Below are positions 38,948 through 46,503 of a stretch of DNA of 51,104 nt, in pieces. The notes under the pieces are model-generated. The model was not told the DNA's origin. It worked only from the letters and a program-made list of their open reading frames with translations, and made no database searches. Every line of letters starts with the position of its first letter. Within the stretch, counting starts at the first letter, position 1. The stretch comes from a virus. Taxonomy: Duplodnaviria; Caudoviricetes. A program made the position numbers and the translations under genes. Where the stretch lies: IMG/VR virus record IMGVR_UViG_3300032314_000556, positions 1-51,104 of that record, one strand, 5' to 3'.

Positions 38948-39656
38948 TTAATATTTGATATGGTTTTTTATTTCTTATTTGATTAACAATTTTTTGAACT
39001 TTATTTAAATTTACTTTATGGTCATTTATTGGATTATTTTCATTGTAAATATAATTTATATCATCCATAAATTTGTAGTGATTTAGTCCGCACATTTCAA
39101 GCATAGGAAACATGAATGATAAATCACCAGCAACTTCCCAATATTTACCATTCTCATCTTTTAAATCTTCTTGGTTAATTTTTTTCCATAAAAAAGATTT
39201 CCAAGTTCTAATGTGGGACATTGTAAAGACTGTATTTCTTATATCCCCAATGCTTTCAGGTTTTTTAGCAAACCCATTTCTACCATCACTATATTTAAAT
39301 GAACCATTAGCCAACCAAATATTTTCATCTTTGTATACTTTGTCTATTCTTTGTAAAACATTTCTATCAGGTAACCAATCGTCCCCATCAACTTCTACAC
39401 ATATTTCACTATCGTCAATATTTAATTCACGAATTACTTGGTCGTAATTACCAGGTTGATACATTTTTTCTTTGTTTTTTATTAAAATGAATCGTTTATC
39501 GTCTCTAATTATACCTTCAATAATTTTTACAGTATTATCAGTTGATAAATCATCTGTTATATAACAAGTAAAATCTTTTAAAGATTGACTCATTATACTG
39601 TATAAACATTTTTCAATATATTTTTCACAATTATATGTTGTAGTTAAAATAATCAT
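38934..39656 (-). CDS. Glycosyltransferase family 2
   Basis: YNCEKYI..C..SI..Q, DDLSTD and VDGDDWL motifs. Confidence 0.87.
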   Translation of the reverse strand: MIILTTTYNCEKYIEKCLYSIMSQSLKDFTCYITDDLSTDNTVKIIEGIIRDDKRFILIKNKEKMYQPGNYDQVIRELNIDDSEICVEVDGDDWLPDRNVLQRIDKVYKDENIWLANGSFKYSDGRNGFAKKPESIGDIRNTVFTMSHIRTWKSFLWKKINQEDLKDENGKYWEVAGDLSFMFPMLEMCGLNHYKFMDDINYIYNENNPINDHKVNLNKVQKIVNQIRNKKPYQILNERT

Positions 39657-41287
39657 TGATTTAAAATTTTTAAATATTCTTCTTTTATCTTGTCCACAAC
39701 ATTAATAGAATAAAATTTCTCAATATCTGAAGGAACTTGATGTAAATCTTTATTTATGATATTTCCATTACTATCCACATTATAAATCCAACCTGGCTTA
39801 CCACACATCCATCCTTCAATTGTTGTTCTACCCAAAAGTATACCTGCGGTTTCAGAACATTTATGAATATACTTGTCAACTTCTAATGTTGGTCCGAAAT
39901 GTTTTACATGAGAATTTAATAAAATTTCATTCATATAATTTGATTTATTCTCACCTACAATCCAAAGTTCTTTATTGTTTGTTTTGGTGTATTCTATCAA
40001 ATCTTTAATAGTATTTTCTCTCAAATAATCAATTGTTCCTACAAATAAAACATAATTTTCTGATTTTTGGTTCTTATTATAAAACTTTTTTTCGTCAATT
40101 GGGTTGTAAATCACCTCCACATTTTCTGAATTAATTGCAAATGAGTTGGTTATATAATTTTTAATTTCTTCCCTAATTGCAATATACTTTTTGATACTTG
40201 GATTAATTATTGGATTTTCTAATTCAATTACCTCTGAGTGAATTGTTGAGATTTTGTCGGTGGTTGGATATAATGTATTCATTAGCTCAACAATTGGTTT
40301 GTGTTGGCAATGAATGATATCAAAATGATATTCTTCTACTTTATAGAATTGATTAGGTTGTGAAGGTTGGGGTCCTTTATCCGTCATTACCATCCATTTA
40401 CCATCACCTAATTTATATCCTGGAGTTTCTTTTATGTTTTTAACTTTAATACCTTCTTTTTGAGCTAACAAAACTAATGGTCCATTAGTTTCAGATGCCA
40501 CCACAGTTACATTACAATTAAGTTTTACAAGATTTTTTGCCAATTCATACACATACATTTCAGAACCTGTAAATTTTTGAAAAAACAAGCAAGAAATCAA
40601 AACATTTAATTTATCATTTTCTCTGAACTTAGCCTTTGACGGCAAATTATCCGAGTATTTATCGGCAAAGATTTTTCTGTTTATATCCCATTGTTCATTG
40701 GTGGCTCCAATTGACTTATGAGTCAATCTTATATTTGTAATAACTCCTATTTTGACCTCAGAAATAAAGTTCTTAAAACAAAAATTAATATCGTATAAAT
40801 GGAACCCACTTACGGATTCATCAAATTTTTCTTTAATTCTTCTTTTATCTATGGCAATAAAAACACCATCAACAACTACTACTTCTTTGATATCATTACC
40901 TAAAGAGTCCGCATATTTTGATTCCCATTTTTTTCCACCACTTTCATGATTTACAATACCATACATTTTTGACCTATCTTCCCACCACATTCCACTTGAC
41001 GGCATGTGGGTTGTACCAGCCATACCTAAAATTCCGTAATCAGATTTTTCAAAATGTTTTACTAATTTAGGTGACCAATTATTTGTATCAAAATATACAT
41101 CATCGTGGCATAGGACTACAATATCAAATTTTGATTCAGAAATTATTTCATTATAAACTTGAGATAAATTTTTTTCTCCATTGTTTACCTTTTCAATAAC
41201 TTGAACTTTTGGATTACCTGCCGATTTTTTTAGGTACTCCTGTAATTGAGGGTTTGATACCCTTGTACTATATCCTATTGTAATCAT
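39653..41287 (-). CDS. Bifunctional glycosyltransferase (GT2-like N-half fused to GT-B C-half)
   Basis: N-half LCHDDV, VVDGVF, FHLYDI; C-half GSEMYVYELAKNL, VIYNPID, GRTTIEGWMCGKP. Confidence 0.82.
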   Translation of the reverse strand: MITIGYSTRVSNPQLQEYLKKSAGNPKVQVIEKVNNGEKNLSQVYNEIISESKFDIVVLCHDDVYFDTNNWSPKLVKHFEKSDYGILGMAGTTHMPSSGMWWEDRSKMYGIVNHESGGKKWESKYADSLGNDIKEVVVVDGVFIAIDKRRIKEKFDESVSGFHLYDINFCFKNFISEVKIGVITNIRLTHKSIGATNEQWDINRKIFADKYSDNLPSKAKFRENDKLNVLISCLFFQKFTGSEMYVYELAKNLVKLNCNVTVVASETNGPLVLLAQKEGIKVKNIKETPGYKLGDGKWMVMTDKGPQPSQPNQFYKVEEYHFDIIHCQHKPIVELMNTLYPTTDKISTIHSEVIELENPIINPSIKKYIAIREEIKNYITNSFAINSENVEVIYNPIDEKKFYNKNQKSENYVLFVGTIDYLRENTIKDLIEYTKTNNKELWIVGENKSNYMNEILLNSHVKHFGPTLEVDKYIHKCSETAGILLGRTTIEGWMCGKPGWIYNVDSNGNIINKDLHQVPSDIEKFYSINVVDKIKEEYLKILNQ

Positions 41288-41835
41288 ATTCCTGTTGAGC
41301 CAAATCCGTTATTATTTCTATCTTTTGGTGATATCTCATCAACCATAACTAAATCAACATATTTTCCACTAATACAACTTGCAATTACACATTGGGCAAC
41401 TTTCATACCTTTTGTAATGGTTACAGGGTGATTATTTGTGTTAAATAAAATAACTTTAATTTCTCCAGTATAACCTTCATCAACTGTACCAGGCGAATTT
41501 AAAACCATAAGTCCTTGATTGATTGCCAATCCACTTTTTGACCTTACTTGAATTTCGTGATTTTCAGGTAAATTAAACCAAACTCCAGTTGGTACTAAAG
41601 CTCTACCAAATGGACCTATTTCAATTTCCTCAGAAGAGTACACATCAAATCCACTATCTGTTGGGTAAGCATATGATAATTCTTTATCATTTTCAGAAGT
41701 ATATTCTAAAGTTATTTTGGTATATAGAGAATTTAATTCATCTGCATCTATACCTAAACCCTCAAGTAATTTTGTAAAGTTAACTTGTTCATCATCTGAA
41801 CCAAGTAAATTTTTTAAATCTTCGTAACTATTCAT
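41284..41835 (-). CDS. dut: dUTPase (trimeric type)
   Basis: DSGFD, RSKSGLA, GTVDEGYTGEI, VAQ and RNNNGFGSTG motifs. Confidence 0.93.
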   Translation of the reverse strand: MNSYEDLKNLLGSDDEQVNFTKLLEGLGIDADELNSLYTKITLEYTSENDKELSYAYPTDSGFDVYSSEEIEIGPFGRALVPTGVWFNLPENHEIQVRSKSGLAINQGLMVLNSPGTVDEGYTGEIKVILFNTNNHPVTITKGMKVAQCVIASCISGKYVDLVMVDEISPKDRNNNGFGSTGI

Positions 41836-42557
41836 AAATTTTTAATTTTTTTAACTACTTCAAATACTGTATCCACATCTTTTTCACAGTATTCTTTTAT
41901 TAAATCATATTTGTTTTCATTCCAAAACAAATGGTGTATTTTATCTCCTGATATTTCATCACTTTTTGGAGTCGGAATTCCCATTGAGACACACATAAGT
42001 TCTAAACTTGACAGTGCTCCAAATTGTCCATATTGCCAAATTTCTTTTGTGTCAATTGCTCTAATTTCCCAAGGCTTGGTATCATAACTTGGCAGTATTG
42101 ATGATGGTTTAATTCCATTAATCATCATTCTTTTTGCAATCATCGGGATATCAAAGTTTTTAACATTGTGTCCACAAATTGAAAAACCTGGTCCGTTAAC
42201 TCTACCAAGTAGTTTGTTTACTTCTTCAAGTAATACTTTTTCATCAGAATTAAAGTAAGACATTTTCTTGAGTTCCCCTTCTTTATCAACAACACCTGCA
42301 GATACACAAATGATTTTAGCAAATTCAGGGACAAGAGCAGCTCTTGATTCAAATATTTTACCTCGTTTTTTTTCCTCCTGTTCTTTGTTACTCACCATCG
42401 TGTCATCCTCAGGAAATCTTTTCAAAAACCAATCGTAATACTTTATGTATTGATGATATAGTTCAGGATAGTCCGACTTAAAATTTTCAAATGTTGATGA
42501 AACACCAACAGTTTCAATATCAATAAAAAGTATTTTATTTAGTAATTGAGATATCAT
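41832..42557 (-). CDS. PolB-related DEDDy 3'-5' exonuclease
   Basis: ExoI DIET, ExoII GHNVKNFD, ExoIII YCEKDV. Confidence 0.85.
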   Translation of the reverse strand: MISQLLNKILFIDIETVGVSSTFENFKSDYPELYHQYIKYYDWFLKRFPEDDTMVSNKEQEEKKRGKIFESRAALVPEFAKIICVSAGVVDKEGELKKMSYFNSDEKVLLEEVNKLLGRVNGPGFSICGHNVKNFDIPMIAKRMMINGIKPSSILPSYDTKPWEIRAIDTKEIWQYGQFGALSSLELMCVSMGIPTPKSDEISGDKIHHLFWNENKYDLIKEYCEKDVDTVFEVVKKIKNL

Positions 42558-43765
42558 ACAAGTGATTTATAGAATTCGCTTCGTGTTTTTGTTACAATTG
42601 CAAGGTCATATCTTCGGGATACATGTTCATATAATCTTTCACCCATATCTTTAACCATATTTGGGTTTTGTTGTAGTTTTTTAATGTTTTTAGCCCAATC
42701 TGAGTGATTTCTTACCTCATCAACCAATAAAGCATTACCATCAACAAATTCTCCATTCTTTAAGCAATGCTTAAGGTCAATTGTATATGGTCCATAATTT
42801 GATGCAATCAATGCCTTTTTATAAAATCCTGCTTCAATAACTTTTAACTGAGATTTAACTTTGTTAAAGATATGTGGTTTAATTGGGGCTAAAGATACAT
42901 CAAATTTTGAATAATTTTTTGCATAAGATGTTACAGGTTTTGTCCATACTCTTAGATAATTTTCTTTCTCTTCACCCTCAAAAGGGTCTTGAATGAATTT
43001 TTCCAAATAATTCTTATATTCAGGAGTTACAATTTTGTAATTATCGGTAAATATTTTTTCATACTCATACCAAACTGTTTCATTAGGTTTAATTGGTCGT
43101 TGTTTTTGTTCCCCTGTTTTAGGATTAATTTCAGTCATAGTTCCTCGTGTATCAAAACCACAAACAACTAATTGTAATTTATCTTTAATATCTGTAAGTT
43201 TGGCGGTCATACCATCAAGAAGCATTAAATCATGAAGGTGTGATGAACCACCGAGCCATCCTATACGAAGTCTATCACTTTCAGGTGTCGGTTCTTTAAA
43301 TTGAGACTCATTTGGGTCGATTGCATTAGGAAGTACAACTACATTTTTATTAATTTTACTTATTTCATCGGCGTAAAGTTCAGTAGTTGTTGTTACATAA
43401 TCAGCGGCTTTAATATTGGCAACAATTTTTTCATTTATCTTATTTTGAATAATAAGTTGGTGAAGAGGGTGCTCTTTTGTTGGGAGCCAATAGTCATCAA
43501 TATCACATACAGTTACAATACCCATTGACCTTAGGATAGGTACAAATTGTACGGACCTATCCATATCTTGACCAATACTTCTATGATATACAACAATTTG
43601 ATACCCTTTCCAAAAATTTAAATCATTAAAATCTAAATCAAATACGATATCTACGTGAAAATCTTCTCCGTAAAGTTTTTGGAGAAAAATATGAGGGTCT
43701 ACTGAGCGAAATTTACCAACACCTGTACGGTCACTTGGTAGTACTAAAACTTTAATTTTTGACAT
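42554..43765 (-). CDS. GT-B glycosyltransferase
   Basis: DIDDYW, VLPNAID, IGWLGGSSH..DL and LAPI....FN..KS.LK.IEAG motifs. Confidence 0.82.
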   Translation of the reverse strand: MSKIKVLVLPSDRTGVGKFRSVDPHIFLQKLYGEDFHVDIVFDLDFNDLNFWKGYQIVVYHRSIGQDMDRSVQFVPILRSMGIVTVCDIDDYWLPTKEHPLHQLIIQNKINEKIVANIKAADYVTTTTELYADEISKINKNVVVLPNAIDPNESQFKEPTPESDRLRIGWLGGSSHLHDLMLLDGMTAKLTDIKDKLQLVVCGFDTRGTMTEINPKTGEQKQRPIKPNETVWYEYEKIFTDNYKIVTPEYKNYLEKFIQDPFEGEEKENYLRVWTKPVTSYAKNYSKFDVSLAPIKPHIFNKVKSQLKVIEAGFYKKALIASNYGPYTIDLKHCLKNGEFVDGNALLVDEVRNHSDWAKNIKKLQQNPNMVKDMGERLYEHVSRRYDLAIVTKTRSEFYKSLV

Positions 43766-43841
43766 ATTTGTGTAAATAATTTTTTGTATTAACTGTTTAG
43801 AACAGTTTTTAAAATATAATACACAAATACGGATTCTTCAA
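43765..43841 (-). promoter_or_regulatory. Leader of the GT operon: putative host-type promoter plus nested inverted repeats
   Basis: The - strand has TTGAAG-N17-TATATT. tatttgtgta (43765-43774) / tacacaaata (43820-43829) encloses aactgtt-tag-aacagtt (43791-43807). Confidence 0.45.
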
Positions 43842-43859
43842 TATAAAGATAAAAATACC

Positions 43860-44447
43860 CTAAGAAATCTTTTTAACCTTAGTTAATTTACCTTCAAAAA
43901 TATGCTTACCTACTCTAAATTGAAACGTTTCAGATGTTTTACTTTCAGATTCGGCGATTATTCCATTCTCCTTTAAAATCTCTTCCATAGTTTCTCGTAT
44001 CATCTTTTTTAATTCCGAGTTGTTTCGAATAGGTTGAGATTTTGTATTAACTTGAGATGATGATTGAGTAATTGTTTTACCCTCATTCATCAATCTTGCT
44101 GCCTTTTCAAAAACTTCATTTGAAAGGGTTGGTGAGTATTGCTCTGGTTGTTTAATTGGATGCTTGAGCATTAATTCTTTTATAGCATCGGGTAATTTGG
44201 AATTTTTAATTCTATCTTCTGTAACAACCGGTGCTTTTGTTGCGGATGGTTGTTTTGTTTCCATATATTCTTGAGGAATATTATAGTTGGCTTGAATTGG
44301 CTCATATGATTGAAGTTCAGGTGCTGAACTCCTTGACTCGGAAATATTAGATACTGGTACATCACTTACCCCTCCTCTTGGAATATTATTGCTTTTGTCC
44401 ATTACTTGTTTAGCAATCATCAATTTTTGAATAAAATCTTCTGTCAT
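43860..44447 (-). CDS. Hypothetical protein
   Basis: 195-aa ORF containing ELKKMIRETMEEILKE. Confidence 0.7.
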   Translation of the reverse strand: MTEDFIQKLMIAKQVMDKSNNIPRGGVSDVPVSNISESRSSAPELQSYEPIQANYNIPQEYMETKQPSATKAPVVTEDRIKNSKLPDAIKELMLKHPIKQPEQYSPTLSNEVFEKAARLMNEGKTITQSSSQVNTKSQPIRNNSELKKMIRETMEEILKENGIIAESESKTSETFQFRVGKHIFEGKLTKVKKIS

Positions 44448-44845
44448 ACTTCTTGTGCGTTTTCTAAATCAATTTTAGTACAAACTTTAATATTTGTCAT
44501 TCCTTTATCATTAGGATTATATCCCGGCCTCAATTCATCAAAATTTTGAGTTGGGTTAACATTATAGCTACCAATTCTGTCAACCCTGAATAATCTCCAG
44601 CCGGGGAGAGGTTGCTCCCCTTTCTGTGCGGTATAGGAAGCACCTTCTCGTTCCCAAGCTCTTATTACATTATTTCCAGCCGTTGATACCCCAAAGCAAA
44701 AAGGTTCTATTGTCCTGAATCCTTTACCTCCATTGTCTTCACCGTTATAGTAAATTGTTACCAAGTTACGGTTTTTAACTGAGTTGATAATCTCTTCGTC
44801 GGACTTTTCTAAGATAATTTGCTTTATGGTATTGTAAAGCTTCAT
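44444..44845 (-). CDS. Stand-alone WYL-domain protein
   Basis: VTIYY...G.RTIEP..FG......IRAW...GWRLFRVDRI pattern; no HTH or WCX region. Confidence 0.8.
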   Translation of the reverse strand: MKLYNTIKQIILEKSDEEIINSVKNRNLVTIYYNGEDNGGKGFRTIEPFCFGVSTAGNNVIRAWEREGASYTAQKGEQPLPGWRLFRVDRIGSYNVNPTQNFDELRPGYNPNDKGMTNIKVCTKIDLENAQEV

Positions 44846-45132
44846 TACGTTCCAGGTACTTGATATGGTTTGTCGAAGCTATAAGGATTAATTTTGATAT
44901 TATTAACTCTTTCAGCTACATCCACTGAACTACCACCATTAGAAGTATCCAAGAAAGTACCAGTACCCTTACCAAAAGCGTCACCATCTGCAACCGCATC
45001 TGGATTAGTTGAGCTAAATTGGTTCTCAAGACTGTAGTCATTTCTTGCTAGTTGTTGAGTTCTGATTTGTTTTGCCACCTGAGTCAATTTATTGTCAGGT
45101 TGTGCGAAATCCAAAGGTTCATAAGTTGCCAT
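44845..45132 (-). CDS. Small hypothetical protein
   Basis: 95-aa ORF coupled to the WYL gene. Confidence 0.7.
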   Translation of the reverse strand: MATYEPLDFAQPDNKLTQVAKQIRTQQLARNDYSLENQFSSTNPDAVADGDAFGKGTGTFLDTSNGGSSVDVAERVNNIKINPYSFDKPYQVPGT

Positions 45133-45133
45133 T

Positions 45134-45586
45134 TTAAATTAGTTTTTTTATTAAATTGTTTATTATTTGTAATTCTTCGATGACACGACTCTCAAGCTTC
45201 AAATTAAAGTTACTACTATTGTCACTCCAAGTATCGTGTCTCTCAGAAGCTTTTCTATGCCTTTCTGTAGGTCTTATAAAATCTTTTTTTGAGTGAGGAC
45301 TTATAAATGCATTATCTACACCACTTTTTCTTTTCACATCTTTTGATGTATGTATTGCTCTTCTATCCTCACCTAATTTTTGTTCAATCCAATTTTTAAA
45401 ATCTTGACCTCCCAAATTTTCTATTTCTCCATTCTCCATTCTGTTTTTAATTTTTTTAAGGTTGGAGTAGGAAATTTTTTTATCGTTTATTAAATTAGAT
45501 ATAGTTCCTTCACCCTTATACTTATCTAAGGTACCAAGAATTGTTTCATCTAATTCGTAATATTTTCCGTATAAATCCTTATTCAC
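45134..45586 (-). CDS. Hypothetical protein
   Basis: 150-aa ORF. Confidence 0.7.
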   Translation of the reverse strand: MNKDLYGKYYELDETILGTLDKYKGEGTISNLINDKKISYSNLKKIKNRMENGEIENLGGQDFKNWIEQKLGEDRRAIHTSKDVKRKSGVDNAFISPHSKKDFIRPTERHRKASERHDTWSDNSSNFNLKLESRVIEELQIINNLIKKLI

Positions 45587-46457
45587 TTTTTTTCAATACT
45601 TTAATTAAATCTGAGATAGAAATTCCTTCCTTTTCTGCAATTTTTTTTATTGATTCCAAATTCTTAGTTAATAGTTTACTCAATGATTGATTTTTTTTGT
45701 TAACATCAGAATCTTTTGATTTCTTTACTAACATATCCTCAACCATCTTTGTCATTTTTTCTTTTCTTATTTCTTCTATTTTTTTTCTTTCAATTAAAGT
45801 AAATGTGTCAATGTAGTTTTTATCTTTTTTAATTTTCTTTGGGACTCTTGAAAGTTTTTTCTTATGTATTTTTGGGTCCGGTTCCTTTCCCTGTTGTCTT
45901 GTTCTTTCTGCCGCTTCCTCAAAAGATAAATCAAAATCGTCCATATATGTTTCAAATGTTTCAGGACCATTTAAATCTTGAGTTTCACGACCACCAAATG
46001 TGTCACTTAAATTAGTTTCAGATACCACATTACCTTCCTCATCTTCACTCTCACCCCAATAAACTCTAGTTACTCCTCTTGTTAAGGGATTAATAGTTTG
46101 TCTATTTTGAACTACTTCTTGGTCCGTAGTTCCTTTAGGTGCTATTTTAGGGTTATAAATAGGAATTTTAGAGCTTAAAAAAGTTCCATCATAATCAACA
46201 AATTCTTCAATTTCCGATTTCATTTTTTTAAGTTTTTTTGTTACCGATTCGGTATCTTTTAACTTTTTATCTTGAAATATTTTGGTTAATTCTTTTTCAA
46301 TATTTGACTTACTTTTTTTATCAAACTTCATGCTTTCATCTTTTTTTCTCGCCTCAGTCAAGGTTTCGCTCACACTATAGTATAGAGTAAGGTCATTCTT
46401 ACCTTCCTTGAGGAAAAAGTAATAAGGTGATTTATAATATTCTTTTCTAAAGAGCAT
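45579..46457 (-). CDS. K/E-rich hypothetical protein
   Basis: 292-aa ORF preceded by TATTTATA. Confidence 0.72.
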   Translation of the reverse strand: MLFRKEYYKSPYYFFLKEGKNDLTLYYSVSETLTEARKKDESMKFDKKSKSNIEKELTKIFQDKKLKDTESVTKKLKKMKSEIEEFVDYDGTFLSSKIPIYNPKIAPKGTTDQEVVQNRQTINPLTRGVTRVYWGESEDEEGNVVSETNLSDTFGGRETQDLNGPETFETYMDDFDLSFEEAAERTRQQGKEPDPKIHKKKLSRVPKKIKKDKNYIDTFTLIERKKIEEIRKEKMTKMVEDMLVKKSKDSDVNKKNQSLSKLLTKNLESIKKIAEKEGISISDLIKVLKKSE

Positions 46458-46470
46458 AATAGTTTTTATC

Positions 46471-46497
46471 TATAAATACATTGAAATGTGTATTTAT
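46471..46497. promoter_or_regulatory. Back-to-back divergent TATTTAT promoters
   Basis: tataaataca-ttgaaatg-tgtatttat: the - motif at 46471-46478 serves 46457 and the + motif at 46491-46497 serves ATG 46504. Confidence 0.7.
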
Positions 46498-46503
46498 CAT
46501 AAG

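Noticed and set aside
28775-43765. Bacterial O-antigen locus or chimeric host contig
   Set aside because: No wzx/wzy/ABC exporter is present, and the genes are overlap-coupled with phage-type dut, phoH and the gp55-like gene.
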